64,000 nucleotides of DNA from a bacterium (GCA_030612965.1 JAUWMW010000001.1:182-64181), one strand, 5' to 3'; positions 44,851 through 55,065 are shown, counted from the first letter of the stretch. Notes: generated by a model not told the origin, from the sequence alone. Numbers and translations: made by a program.

Positions 44851-45876
44851 ATGTCCGTAGAACCTTGGGATATCTGGTTTCTCGGCTCAGCCGCGATGCT
44901 GGAGGACGATGTGACCGCAACCGGTAACGGCGGTGCGGCCGCTAAAGGCACAAAGATGACATTCGCTTCGCTGGACCTCGGCTCTGCCGTCACTATCAAG
45001 GCTGTGTCAGAAGACGCTGGCGACACCGTTCCCGTGGTCAAAGTATGGGGCCGTGACGCTGCGGGTGTCAAAGAGGATACCGGCAGCGAACTGGACTTGA
45101 ACGGTCAAACAGCAGTCACCTCAACGCAAGTCCTCGAACGTATCATGAAGGTGACCCTGGAGAGTGGCACGCCAACGGGCGCCATTGCGATCTATCCGAC
45201 AGGGGCTGCAATCGCATCCGGTACGGCTCAAGCCGGAGCGGCCAACGAGATCACCTTGGCTGCCGCTGATTCGGCCGGTGACAACGACTACCAGTTCCAT
45301 GTTCTGATCCTGGACGGTGGAACCGGGGAGTATCAGATTCGTGAGATATTGTCCAATGACGCCACGACCAAAAAGGTCAAGGTGCGTGATTGGGAGACAA
45401 CTCCGGATGGCACGACTACATACTCGATCTATAACGGCGTTGTCCTGGAACCTGCCGACCAGGGGCCGGGGGCAACGAAGATCGACAAGGTCGTCCGTGC
45501 ACACTTTGATGCGTCGGCCAATCCGCTCGGTGGGGCCGACAAGACGTATTACGAAAAGCTGTTCGTCTATAACGATCATGCGACGCTGGCCTTGACGAAT
45601 GCCAAGATCGATGAAGTCGATGAAGGCGCATACGCTGACGTGACATTTGCCCTGGCTGATACTCTTGACGACAGCGGGACTAACGGATCGAACACCCGTC
45701 TTGTTGCACCGTCGTCCGGCGTCGGTTCGTTTGACTCGGACGAAAAGGACGTGCAGAACGGCGGCGCCTTGTCACCCGGCACCGGCCAGGGTGTATGGCT
45801 CGCAACGTTGCTTGAGGACGGTGATCCGGCCGCCGATACGTTCTACAAGTTGCAGGTCACAGGTCAGAGCGTGTAA
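44851..45876 (+). CDS. Hypothetical protein
   Basis: 341 aa, Gly/Ala/Thr/Asp-rich, with AAGGAGGA upstream. Confidence 0.6.
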   Translation: MSVEPWDIWFLGSAAMLEDDVTATGNGGAAAKGTKMTFASLDLGSAVTIKAVSEDAGDTVPVVKVWGRDAAGVKEDTGSELDLNGQTAVTSTQVLERIMKVTLESGTPTGAIAIYPTGAAIASGTAQAGAANEITLAAADSAGDNDYQFHVLILDGGTGEYQIREILSNDATTKKVKVRDWETTPDGTTTYSIYNGVVLEPADQGPGATKIDKVVRAHFDASANPLGGADKTYYEKLFVYNDHATLALTNAKIDEVDEGAYADVTFALADTLDDSGTNGSNTRLVAPSSGVGSFDSDEKDVQNGGALSPGTGQGVWLATLLEDGDPAADTFYKLQVTGQSV

Positions 45877-45959
45877 GGCGTTAAAGAAGAAAGGAGGTAG
45901 CCAATGCTGTGATGTCTTGTGATGTGTAGTTTTGTAATGTCTAACGAAGGAATGAATCA

Positions 45960-46364
45960 ATGTCTGAGAAAACAGAAACAAAAGAGAAGGCCGCCGAGCA
46001 AGTGCTGGTCGACATGTTTGAAACAATCAAGCATGGTGTGATTCTCACTCTATCAGGGATGATCGACAATGATCGACGTGTCGAGGCTTTGCAGCGTTTG
46101 ATTGAATGGGAAATCTGGTCACACTTTGAGAACGATCAGGGTAGTCTTGTGGGCGCAGCGAAAGCGGATGACCCGAATACTGCCATCCGCCGTTTGTTGA
46201 CCGATTTCTATTCTCGCACCCAAGGATTGATGTTGACTATCGTTGACGCCAGCATTGATCCGGCGCGGGTTGAGGCTGCTAAACAAGTCGCAACGCGCCA
46301 GGTGTGGCGAGATCAGCGATGGGTATTGCCTCGCGCCGTTGAACGCATGGCGGACGCAGCTTGA
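45960..46364 (+). CDS. Hypothetical protein
   Basis: 134-aa helical-looking ORF. Confidence 0.55.
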   Translation: MSEKTETKEKAAEQVLVDMFETIKHGVILTLSGMIDNDRRVEALQRLIEWEIWSHFENDQGSLVGAAKADDPNTAIRRLLTDFYSRTQGLMLTIVDASIDPARVEAAKQVATRQVWRDQRWVLPRAVERMADAA

Positions 46365-46375
46365 TAAAGGAATGA

Positions 46376-47485
46376 ATGCCAATACCGTCACCCAACAAAG
46401 ATGAAAAGAAAGGCGCTTTCGTAAGTCGCTGCATTTCATCTATCGTCGAGGAGTACGGCCAGGACAAGGCTGCGGCTATCTGCTATACACAGTGGAAAAA
46501 CCGCAACAAAAAGAAGGTCGACAAATCGGGTGCTGTCGAAACTGCCGGTCATGGGTTGTCCATCAATCCTGATGTGATGACCCACGACCAGGCGGTTGTT
46601 GCTAAGGTCGTGCTTGATAATCTTATCGGTATGGTATGCGGGCTCGCAAAGGCCGAAGGTGAAGCCGTCCCCGGTGAATCCGTCCTCCGTTCGATGTTCT
46701 ATGTTGAATGGGGTGTCGGCGAGGAAAAAGCTATCACCGCCGCCTTGGCGAAACTGGAGGCCGGGTCAGGCAAATTCACGAAGAGGGAGCTGGCAGCGAT
46801 CAGTCAGCTTATTGATAAGACGCTGCAAGGTGAATTTGTGGACCCGGTCGCGGGTAAAATGCCATCGATCTTGACCCGGTGGTACAAGAAGGCCAAGAAG
46901 TCGGTTGCATCGACGCATGGCCTCGAGGTTCTATGGGATAGCATCGACGATAAAGCGACTGAATGGCTATATGACCATCACATGTATTGGGTCAAGGGTT
47001 ACTATAACAAGCATCTGTCGAACGCTCTCTCGGCGCACGTCGCGGACGCCATGAAAGAAGGTCTTGGGCGCCAGGCTATCGGTGAAGAACTCAAAGGGTT
47101 CTTTGACGGCTATCCCGGCGTGCGAAATCAACCCCTGCACTATTGGCGAGGCTTCGCCGCCAACGGCATGAACCGAACCAGGCAGTTCGGTAAGCTCCAG
47201 TCCTGGCAGGATGTCGGGATCACTGAGCTTGAAGTCGTGGCTGTGATGGATGAACGCACCTCTGCGATCTGCAAACGCATGAATGGCGAGATCATTCCGC
47301 TGGATATGGGAATCGCACAGCGTGACCTCTTAATGGGCGCCGAGGACCCGGAGGATGTGAAGACCATCGCACCGTGGCCGAAGGTGGAAGATATTGAGAG
47401 CAAGAAGATCAAGGCGATTATGGAGCAGGGAGTCATAGCGCCGCCGTATCACTTTAACTGTCGAACCGACCTGGTTGAACGATAA
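46376..47485 (+). CDS. Minor head protein, Mu gpF / SPP1 gp7 family
   Basis: VAVMDERTSAICKRMNGEIIPL ... PPYHFNCRTDLV matches the Phage_Mu_F signature (DeRtc..C...G ... PP.H.nCRc). Confidence 0.8.
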   Translation: MPIPSPNKDEKKGAFVSRCISSIVEEYGQDKAAAICYTQWKNRNKKKVDKSGAVETAGHGLSINPDVMTHDQAVVAKVVLDNLIGMVCGLAKAEGEAVPGESVLRSMFYVEWGVGEEKAITAALAKLEAGSGKFTKRELAAISQLIDKTLQGEFVDPVAGKMPSILTRWYKKAKKSVASTHGLEVLWDSIDDKATEWLYDHHMYWVKGYYNKHLSNALSAHVADAMKEGLGRQAIGEELKGFFDGYPGVRNQPLHYWRGFAANGMNRTRQFGKLQSWQDVGITELEVVAVMDERTSAICKRMNGEIIPLDMGIAQRDLLMGAEDPEDVKTIAPWPKVEDIESKKIKAIMEQGVIAPPYHFNCRTDLVER

Positions 47486-47510
47486 AGGAGGACTTCACAA
47501 TCGCACCTGG

Positions 47511-47551
47511 CAGGTAGGAAAATTATTGACAGCTACCTGTTGAGTTTCTTA
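47511..47551 (+). terminator. Hairpin, possibly a weak terminator, overlapping a TTGACA box
   Basis: CAGGTAG - 15 nt - CTACCTG followed by TTGAGTTTCTT. The loop contains AATTATTGACA. Confidence 0.3.
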
Positions 47552-47593
47552 TGGGTTCTTCAAAGGCCGCGATAGCAATAACCTGGAGACGAA

Positions 47594-48214
47594 ATGTCAG
47601 CAGACTACGAAGGTATCGGATTCAGACTTTTCACTGACTCGACCGTTCTGCATATACGACCGGACTCTACCATTGAGATTTATGATGCCGGCACGGCTAA
47701 CCTTGTGTGGTCGGGCACGACGAACGCCAACGGCTGGTTCTCGGTCTCGACTCTGGCTACCGGCCATTACGATCTCAAGGTCGACGGCGTCCAACTGTCC
47801 AGTTTCCATCATGTCAAGGCAGACCATTCGCACAGCGCCGCCGAGACGGTTTCCTTTTTCATCTCCGGGGGCATCACCGGCGACCAGGACGAGGTGAACA
47901 CGCTGCCGGTCTTCGCCCCTGGTGTAGCCGGAGATATCGAAAAGATCGAGATCACCGCGCGAGCGGACGCCACCGGTGACATCACTGTGCATCTTCTACG
48001 CGGAGCCACCGCCGGGGCGTCCGCCCTTACCTTTGCTGCGAATAGTGTGTGGTCTTATCAGATCAATCCGGGGTCCGCCAAGTATCGGTGGTCCCACATA
48101 GATTCCAATCCGGGTGTGAGCCTTTTGGCTTCGCAGGCCGTAACGATCGGTATCGATTGGACGGCCAACAGCATCTCCGGACTGTGTGTGAACATAACCT
48201 TTAGACCGAGCTAA
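47594..48214 (+). CDS. Hypothetical protein with carboxypeptidase-regulatory-like beta-sandwich
   Basis: IEIYDAGTANLVWSGTTNANGWFSVSTLATGHYDLKV resembles the CarboxypepD_reg pattern. Confidence 0.5.
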   Translation: MSADYEGIGFRLFTDSTVLHIRPDSTIEIYDAGTANLVWSGTTNANGWFSVSTLATGHYDLKVDGVQLSSFHHVKADHSHSAAETVSFFISGGITGDQDEVNTLPVFAPGVAGDIEKIEITARADATGDITVHLLRGATAGASALTFAANSVWSYQINPGSAKYRWSHIDSNPGVSLLASQAVTIGIDWTANSISGLCVNITFRPS

Positions 48215-48226
48215 TGAGGTGCACGA

Positions 48227-49642
48227 ATGAATGACCATACCGGAAAGCCCGTGGCCAAGAACAAGCTTTCAAACTGCAACGTCGTTGAGATAGCGAACGC
48301 CGGTCTTCCGGCGGTTCCGGCTGCGACGTTTGTAGTGATGAAAGATGTCGCGATCGGTGACGGGCAAGAAGCTATCATGAAAACGGTACGCTTCTACAAG
48401 GATGAAGTCAAGAAGCGCGTTTATGGATACGTCCTGGTCCCGGACGTGCCTGACCTCCAAGGTGACGTGCTCACCAAAGAGGAAGTCGAAAAGGCCATGA
48501 TCTCATACATGAAGAACGGCTTTTTCGGTGACGCTAAAGCGTCCGGTATATCTGGATCGCACACCGACTTCGATAACATGAACCATCCGATCGAATGTGC
48601 CATCGACAAGGACGGCGCTCTCATGAAGGCTTACGGCCATAAGGATGTGGCCGTTGACGGTGCCTGGTGGTTCGGTGAGCAGTGCGATGATCTCACCTGG
48701 GAATCCGTTCAGAAAGGTGAGTATACCGGGTTCTCGATTGGTGGCGTCGGTCAACGTTCTCCTATCGAAGCGGATACGGCCGACGAACCTGGCGAGTCTA
48801 TCCTGGACAAGGCCTTTGCCAAAGTCAAAAGCCTCGTAATGAAAGGGGAAGGCGACGCCATGTCGTTCGATGAAGTGGACCTCATGGATCGCGTCAATAG
48901 TGAGCTGTGGAAAAAGCTGGATCAGCTTGCCTACTCGATCTCGATGATCGTCGGTGATCCGGAGGTCGGCAACAAGCAGGAGGCTATCGGGGCCAGCATT
49001 GACGAATTTCGTGCATCGTTGCTGGGTGCACTGTCGATACAGAAGGCGGCGAAGGTAATCGCCAAAGCCGGTAAAGAGATCAGCGCCAAAAACAAAAAGC
49101 TGATCGCGGATGCCGTCGCCGCCCTGGAGGGATTGCAGGGAATCATAGACAGAATTAACGAAGCCGAACAGGCTATAAACAAAGGAGATAACACAATGGC
49201 GCACACGCTGGAATCACTCGGCAAGGGTCTTGAGACTCTAACGGAGACGATTGACAAAAAGGTGATGCCGAAGCTGGGCGAATTTGAAGAGTTCAAGAAA
49301 GCCCAGGAAGGGGCCGCCGCAGGTGACGCCGACGGGAAGCCGGGCGATAAGCCCGCCAAAGACGATGGGAAACCGTCCGAGCTGGAGAAAACCCTTGACG
49401 CCGCCTTCGAGAAGAACGTCAAGCCTGTCTCGGACAAAATCGATGCCATAGACACGCGCCTCAAGAAGGTGGAGGGTCAGCCTGACAAGCCCGCCGGTGA
49501 CCAGCCGGACGGACATGATGCCGGCCTGCCCACTGAGCCGCTCACAAAGGAGCAGCGTGAGGCGGTCAATAAGGACAAGATTCAGAAGGTTGGACGCACC
49601 ATGATTTTCGGGCCGCAGCCGGACGCTAAACCGACCGAATGA
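48227..49642 (+). CDS. XkdF-like prohead protease domain fused to scaffold-like coiled coil
   Basis: YGYVLVPDVPDLQGDVLTKEEVEKA...GAWWFG...WESVQKGEYTGFSIGG matches the XkdF family. The C-terminal half is helical and charged. Precedes the capsid gene. Confidence 0.7.
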   Translation: MNDHTGKPVAKNKLSNCNVVEIANAGLPAVPAATFVVMKDVAIGDGQEAIMKTVRFYKDEVKKRVYGYVLVPDVPDLQGDVLTKEEVEKAMISYMKNGFFGDAKASGISGSHTDFDNMNHPIECAIDKDGALMKAYGHKDVAVDGAWWFGEQCDDLTWESVQKGEYTGFSIGGVGQRSPIEADTADEPGESILDKAFAKVKSLVMKGEGDAMSFDEVDLMDRVNSELWKKLDQLAYSISMIVGDPEVGNKQEAIGASIDEFRASLLGALSIQKAAKVIAKAGKEISAKNKKLIADAVAALEGLQGIIDRINEAEQAINKGDNTMAHTLESLGKGLETLTETIDKKVMPKLGEFEEFKKAQEGAAAGDADGKPGDKPAKDDGKPSELEKTLDAAFEKNVKPVSDKIDAIDTRLKKVEGQPDKPAGDQPDGHDAGLPTEPLTKEQREAVNKDKIQKVGRTMIFGPQPDAKPTE

Positions 49643-49684
49643 AGGGCTTGCCGTTAGGGTAAGTCTACTACGAAAGGTATCGAT

Positions 49685-50941
49685 ATGTTAACTATGAATG
49701 AAGCATTGATGAGGGCAGCCGGTATTCACAAAGCCGCCGGTGGTTCCATCAATCTCGACACAACGAACTTCAACGGTGTGCTGGTGCGTGATGAGGTGCT
49801 GCCTATGATCGACCTGACCCGCAAGCACAACGATTGGCTGGGAGCCATATCGTCCTTCACGCGCCGTCGCCGTAAGGGAACCGTGCCGATCTATCGTCTC
49901 ACGGAAGAAGTCATGGAGCACGTCGGTGAACAGGACCCTCGCTCCGTGACGACCACGCCGCCCAACACCAGCGTGCCCTACGAGACCGAAAAGCATCACG
50001 CTCAGATCGTGATCTCTCGCGAGGATATCGAGGAAGCATCTCTGGACGTTGACGGCGATCATGAGAACAAGCTGCTCGACATGTTCACTACGCAGATCGG
50101 CAATAACACTGCTGACATCACCATTAACGGCAATACGGCTTTTGCAACCGCCCCGGCGAACCGGCGCCAGCGGATGCTCAAGGGCGTTGACGGTCTCTAT
50201 GTCCAGCTTGCTGCCGGAGCCAACGTCTACGATCGCAACGGCCTGCCCTTCGATGAGTACAACTTCGATGCCCTGTGGGATCGCGTGCCGCAGCACTGGC
50301 GCAATGATAAGTCGAAGATGCGGTGGATGTACCCGGACCGGATCGACACGGCCTACCGTCGTCAGCTCAAAGCCCGCAAGACCGGTCTCGGTGACATGGC
50401 CTTCGGGTCGACGGCTACCCTGGCGCCCCAAGGCATCAAACCCGTTCTGGTTCCGCAGATGCCGGATAACGAAGGTCCGACCGCGATCGCGCCGACCTCG
50501 TGTACGGACGAAACGACCTACATCCAGGCTATTCTGACGACTCTGGTCAACGCCACTAATCCACTTTCAGCGGCGGCCGGGGTGGGGCGTAAGTTCCTGC
50601 TGAGCTGCATTGCCACGGGTGTATCGGAAGTCTGCATCGGTTTCCTTGATACCACGCTCCGGATCAACACCGCCGGACTGCTCGGTCAAACCACCGTCTC
50701 TACTAATGCGGCCCACTACACCGTGCGTCCCTACGACGAAACGCGCATCGTTTTGGGTGATCCCAAAGGTATCACGATCGTCTGGCACGATGAATGGGTT
50801 TTCTACCGCGAGTGGAATCCGAAGCTCGATCAGGTAGAGATCGACATCTTCCTCGAGTTCGATGTCATCGTGGCCGTTCGGGAGATGTACATGATGCTGA
50901 CCGGCGTGGCCGCTCCGCCGCTCGGTTGGGTTTCGGCATAG
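49685..50941 (+). CDS. Major capsid protein
   Basis: 418 aa directly after the protease/scaffold gene. Called from position and size, not from a specific motif. Confidence 0.7.
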   Translation: MLTMNEALMRAAGIHKAAGGSINLDTTNFNGVLVRDEVLPMIDLTRKHNDWLGAISSFTRRRRKGTVPIYRLTEEVMEHVGEQDPRSVTTTPPNTSVPYETEKHHAQIVISREDIEEASLDVDGDHENKLLDMFTTQIGNNTADITINGNTAFATAPANRRQRMLKGVDGLYVQLAAGANVYDRNGLPFDEYNFDALWDRVPQHWRNDKSKMRWMYPDRIDTAYRRQLKARKTGLGDMAFGSTATLAPQGIKPVLVPQMPDNEGPTAIAPTSCTDETTYIQAILTTLVNATNPLSAAAGVGRKFLLSCIATGVSEVCIGFLDTTLRINTAGLLGQTTVSTNAAHYTVRPYDETRIVLGDPKGITIVWHDEWVFYREWNPKLDQVEIDIFLEFDVIVAVREMYMMLTGVAAPPLGWVSA

Positions 50942-50958
50942 GAAGGTGGAGTACAGCA

Positions 50959-51432
50959 ATGAAACAGTATCGATTCACGCTACTGGCGAACCACTATAGC
51001 GGTCGCGGTATCGAAGTGAACAAACCGTTCTCTGTCGTTTTGGGAGAGGATGATCCACGCATCGAACAATTCCGCAATCCATCGTTCGAGGAACAGTCGG
51101 TCGACGGCACGGGCGCAATCATTCCGTTTAAGCGTCCGGTGCAAAAGATCGGTCCGCCTCCGGGATCGACGGGGCCGTCCGGCACCAATGAGGGGCCGGC
51201 GATCGAGGTGATCGTCGGTAACATTAACACTCAGATCGCGGACGAAAAGAAACGAGCCATAGCCGACGAGGCGCTCGTCGCCAACCTCAAAAAGCATAAC
51301 TACGATTTCGTGGCTGACGTGCTCGATGAGGAAAAACCGGTTGAGGCTCTGTGCATGATCGACAAGATCGGCGACGCCACGGCTGAGAAAATTCTGACCG
51401 CCTGCGAGCAAGCGGCCGGGAATAAGGAGTAA
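50959..51432 (+). CDS. Hypothetical head-module protein
   Basis: ATG 50959 is preceded by GGAAGGTGGAG. 157 aa. Confidence 0.55.
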   Translation: MKQYRFTLLANHYSGRGIEVNKPFSVVLGEDDPRIEQFRNPSFEEQSVDGTGAIIPFKRPVQKIGPPPGSTGPSGTNEGPAIEVIVGNINTQIADEKKRAIADEALVANLKKHNYDFVADVLDEEKPVEALCMIDKIGDATAEKILTACEQAAGNKE

Positions 51433-51435
51433 ACG

Positions 51436-51945
51436 ATGAGTATTCATAGCGTTGGTCGGATGGGCCAGGGCGCCGTCCCTGGTCTACCGATCGAAGGTTA
51501 TCTGTTCGCAAACTGGCCTCACGGCGTCTTTCTCGCGCCGTCAACAACTCCCTCGGCGCAGTTGACCGGCACCGGGAACGGCACGTTCACCTACAATCTG
51601 ACGCCGGGCGTGGTAATCGTAGACGGAACCGCGCTGTCAGTCACCGGACTGGTTGACGCTGCCCTGGAAACGCCTGCGGACATTCTCGACGACGGCCAGA
51701 CGAAGTTCTATGCGTTCATCGCCTGGAAGAACCCCGTTGGCGGTGCCGTCGCCATCAAGATCGTTGAGGGCACCATTGCCATTCACGCCAACGCGGTAGG
51801 TCCGACTGACGCCGAGATCGAAGCGACCCTCCCGGTCGATACCGTGTGGATTCATCTCGGTACTCAGGCGATCGCCCGCACCGGTGCGACGAGTTGTACC
51901 GAAGCTCAGGACCACCTGCCGCGTCCGACAGGATATGCCACGTAA
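51436..51945 (+). CDS. Hypothetical head-module protein
   Basis: 169-aa ORF. Confidence 0.55.
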   Translation: MSIHSVGRMGQGAVPGLPIEGYLFANWPHGVFLAPSTTPSAQLTGTGNGTFTYNLTPGVVIVDGTALSVTGLVDAALETPADILDDGQTKFYAFIAWKNPVGGAVAIKIVEGTIAIHANAVGPTDAEIEATLPVDTVWIHLGTQAIARTGATSCTEAQDHLPRPTGYAT

Positions 51946-51951
51946 GGCTTT

Positions 51952-52596
51952 ATGGCTTACATAACGGTAGCAGACCTGCGCAACGAGGGTGTTGCGGACC
52001 CGCCGTACTCTACTGAGCACGTCGAGGAACGCATCACCCTCGCCTGCGCGGCTGTCGACCAGATGACAAGCTGCTTCTTCGAAGCGAGAGCAGCGCACGT
52101 CGTCCAGGTCAACGGCCGTGGCCACGACATTCTGTTTCTGCCGTATCCGCCCTGCACAGAATCGTCTATCACCAAGGTCGAACTACGATCAGTATCGGCT
52201 TCCGGCACTACGTGGGCGGAAGTCGACACCGACCTTTATGAAGTCGTCATGCCGGTTTTCCCAGACGGACGTTACAACCCGAAGATTGTGCATCTGACCG
52301 GCACCTGGCCGAAAGGTGAACGGAACGTGCGCCTGACCGGCACGTTCGGTTTTGTGGAATCCGACGGGACAACGACTCCGCCCGGTATCCGCGATCTCGC
52401 TCTGAGAATCGCGGTATGGAATATGAAGCAGATCGGCGATGAGTCCGCCCAACGGCAGGACAAGATCGTCGAGGAATCTCTCAGAGATTACCGTTACAAG
52501 TTGGCCGAGCCGAAAACCTCATCTGGATCGTTCAACGACCAAAAGATTGACAACTTGATAAGCATGTTTCGGATGCGCAGAATGAGGGCAGTGTGA
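51952..52596 (+). CDS. Putative head-tail connector/adaptor (gp6-like)
   Basis: The N-terminus MAYITVADLRNEGVAD...EERITLACAAVDQMT resembles connector N-termini. Position fits. Confidence 0.5.
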   Translation: MAYITVADLRNEGVADPPYSTEHVEERITLACAAVDQMTSCFFEARAAHVVQVNGRGHDILFLPYPPCTESSITKVELRSVSASGTTWAEVDTDLYEVVMPVFPDGRYNPKIVHLTGTWPKGERNVRLTGTFGFVESDGTTTPPGIRDLALRIAVWNMKQIGDESAQRQDKIVEESLRDYRYKLAEPKTSSGSFNDQKIDNLISMFRMRRMRAV

Positions 52597-52937
52597 CGAT
52601 GCAACAAATAATCACCAAGGGCACAGTAGGGCAAACCAGTCTGGCAATTGTAGCCGTCGTTTTGGTTTTGCAGATCGTAATGCCATACGTAAACGGTAAT
52701 GATCCCAGCGCCGATCACGCACTTACAACAACAGTCATGGCAGGTGCCCTGGACCCGCTCAAAGAATATCTGACCGACTTGAAGGCTCTGAATAAGAACC
52801 AAGCCGAGTCGGACATTGCGAACGCTGAGGCTCACCGACGACTCGCCGAGGCTTTGATTCAAATGACAGGGTCTCTTGACCGCTTGGTTGTTGTTGTTGA
52901 CCGTGTCGAAAGACGAGTGGAGGCTCTAAGTCCATGA
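52593..52937 (+). CDS. Hypothetical protein (one hydrophobic helix)
   Basis: 114 aa. Start is GTG 52593 or ATG 52599. Confidence 0.5.
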   Translation: MTMQQIITKGTVGQTSLAIVAVVLVLQIVMPYVNGNDPSADHALTTTVMAGALDPLKEYLTDLKALNKNQAESDIANAEAHRRLAEALIQMTGSLDRLVVVVDRVERRVEALSP

Positions 52938-53350
52938 AACCGTCCGCCTTTCTAAAGGGCCGCCTGGGAAAGTTTGCGGCTGAGGTCGCCGGCGAGGCAA
53001 CCGTGCGGTATTTTGTGCTATCCGAGGGTCAACGTGACACCCTCACTGGAACCGTGGACGAAAGCAACGCATACGCTACAGTGGGCGTTGCCTTGACGGC
53101 ATTGATCGACTACAGTCCGAGCGACGCCGTCAGGAAAAAGGTCGGAGCGTCTATTGAGTTCGACGCAACCCTTCAGATTCCACAATCGCAGCTCACAGAT
53201 AAGTCTATCACGCTCAAGATAGGTGATGCCTTCACGTTAGAGGACAGCGCCGACAAGGTCTATGTCAAGAGGGTTGTCTCAACCCACCAGGTGGACGACG
53301 GTCACCTCATGAAACTCGTTGCCGTGAGCGGTCGGCTCGGGAGGCGATGA
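52934..53350 (+). CDS. Hypothetical head-tail joining protein
   Basis: 138 aa with an ATGA overlap. Called from position only. Confidence 0.5.
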   Translation: MKPSAFLKGRLGKFAAEVAGEATVRYFVLSEGQRDTLTGTVDESNAYATVGVALTALIDYSPSDAVRKKVGASIEFDATLQIPQSQLTDKSITLKIGDAFTLEDSADKVYVKRVVSTHQVDDGHLMKLVAVSGRLGRR

Positions 53351-53541
53351 TGTGGCAATGGCTAATGCAGCCCTGGTACAATGAGCCGGAATCGTCGCTA
53401 CCCCCAGAGTCTGAACGATTCATAGAAACTATTCATCCTGGCCAGCCAAAAAGGCTTGATGTTATAGTATTATGGGTCATCGCTGCCATATATCCAATCG
53501 TCGCGTTGTTCCATCTCATCTTCAAGGACGGTGCTCAGTGA
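53347..53541 (+). CDS. Small membrane-helix protein
   Basis: 64 aa with an ATGA overlap. Contains LDVIVLWVIAAIYPIVALFHLIF. Confidence 0.4.
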   Translation: MMWQWLMQPWYNEPESSLPPESERFIETIHPGQPKRLDVIVLWVIAAIYPIVALFHLIFKDGAQ

Positions 53542-54188
53542 CGGGACTCGAAGGAGACTGGAACAAGGGAGATCGGCTTTTTGGCAAAATGGGCAAGCTT
53601 ATGAAAAAGAACATGCAACTCGCCACAAAGCGCAATGCCATGATGTATCGCGATCAGATCAAACGGACTATCCGCAGTGGCCGGAACATGGCGCCCGTGT
53701 CTCCAGTGACCAAAGCCTATAAGAAAAGTTCGAAGCCGCTTATCGATCACGGTGACTTGTTGCAGTCTGTCGACTTGATCACCATCTCGCCATCGACGTT
53801 CTTTGTCGGTGTGCCCAGAACCGCCGGCAAGAAAGGGCGTACATCGATGGTCAACATTGCCGCCGTGCATGAATTTGGAGCCACCATCCGTCCGGTGTCC
53901 GCGTCCGCTTTGACCATACCGGTCACTCGCGAAGCATCCGAACTGGCCAGGGAGCATGGCGGCGTTGGGAATATACCTGGTTTGTTCCGGCCCAAAGGTA
54001 CAAAGGTGCTCGCACGCAAGAAAGGCAAGGGTTTTGAAATTATGTTCATCCTGAAGGATGAGGTAGTGATTCCACCCCGGCCGTTCATCGAACCAAGTCT
54101 GAATAAGGTGCGCCACAAAATGAAGCGCCAGTGGGAACGTGCTATCATCGCTGCCTTACGAGGGAAACCGTATGCCGCAAGATCATAA
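53538..54188 (+). CDS. Tail completion / virion morphogenesis protein (P2 gpS / Mu gpG-like)
   Basis: GTG 53538 overlaps the upstream TGA. KPLIDHGDLLQSV...VNIAAVHEFGA fits the family pattern (L..tG.L..S...YA.iHqfG). Confidence 0.5.
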   Translation: MTGLEGDWNKGDRLFGKMGKLMKKNMQLATKRNAMMYRDQIKRTIRSGRNMAPVSPVTKAYKKSSKPLIDHGDLLQSVDLITISPSTFFVGVPRTAGKKGRTSMVNIAAVHEFGATIRPVSASALTIPVTREASELAREHGGVGNIPGLFRPKGTKVLARKKGKGFEIMFILKDEVVIPPRPFIEPSLNKVRHKMKRQWERAIIAALRGKPYAARS

Positions 54189-54777
54189 GCACATCATCTC
54201 GGACTTGGAGGACGCCGTCAAAGGCGTCATTGATACTGTGCAGACGCAGTTGACCGGCGTCGTGGCTTCCGGCGATGTTGTCCTGGCATTCAAAGATGAA
54301 CGTCCGGATGCCAGTATCGATCGGGCCTTCCCCCGGGCGACCGTACATCTTTATGACTTTCGCCCTGCCTCCGGTAGGCGGCACGCCGGCGACCTTCGCA
54401 CTCATACCTATAATTCAGAGACGGGCGAAGCTGTGATCACGCTTAAGCCTATCCCTGTCGATTTGTTATTCCAGATTGACACCTACGCCCTCACGCACGA
54501 AGCGGATTGGGCCATCAAACAAAAGATGCTGCCCTGGTTCGACGTGCAATCTCAACCAAAGATAACGACGGACGGCGGGCGCGAGTTCTACCTCGCCTGG
54601 GTAACCTGGCAACCGCTCGATGAAATAGAAACGGAAAATTGGTTCAGGACGGCTTGGCGCTGTCGTGCAGAGGTGTGGTTCGGTAACCCGAAGACACCAC
54701 CGGCGTCGCCTTACATCGTGCTTCAGCGGAAACTGACTATGCTGGCCGAGACCTGGACGATGGACGCCGCACCATAA
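54172..54777 (+). CDS. DUF4255-like protein (Pvc16/Afp16 N-terminal-like tail terminator candidate)
   Basis: ISDLEDAVKGVI...ATVHLYDFRP...VDLLFQIDTYA fits the pattern. Lies upstream of the sheath gene, as in contractile injection system loci. Confidence 0.45.
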   Translation: MPQDHKHIISDLEDAVKGVIDTVQTQLTGVVASGDVVLAFKDERPDASIDRAFPRATVHLYDFRPASGRRHAGDLRTHTYNSETGEAVITLKPIPVDLLFQIDTYALTHEADWAIKQKMLPWFDVQSQPKITTDGGREFYLAWVTWQPLDEIETENWFRTAWRCRAEVWFGNPKTPPASPYIVLQRKLTMLAETWTMDAAP

Positions 54778-54786
54778 GGAGAACGC

Positions 54787-55065
54787 ATGGCAACAGCAGT
54801 AAACCTAAAGAATCGCGGACCGTCAGCCTTTGGATTTGAATACGACGGCGCAACATTCTCTATCCCTTCCGGTGAGGTGCGCGGACCGTTTGAAGCCAAA
54901 ATCTTCGACAATCCGGTAGTGCTCATCGCCGTCCAGGCTGGCAGGCTGGTTCCTTCCCGTGCCGTCGATCCGCCGGCACTGCCAGAGGAAGAGACCATCG
55001 CTGTAGAAGATTCGCCGGAAGATGCGCCTGCAAGAATATCGCACAGGAAACGCAAAAATGATTAA
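54787..55065 (+). CDS. Hypothetical protein
   Basis: 92-aa ORF between the DUF4255-like gene and the sheath gene. Confidence 0.45.
   Translation: MATAVNLKNRGPSAFGFEYDGATFSIPSGEVRGPFEAKIFDNPVVLIAVQAGRLVPSRAVDPPALPEEETIAVEDSPEDAPARISHRKRKND

Noticed and set aside
49688-50431. 247-aa minus-strand ORF, and 48503-49204 (233 aa) and 48931-49464 (177 aa)
   Set aside because: They are antisense to the major capsid and protease/scaffold genes and have no independent support.
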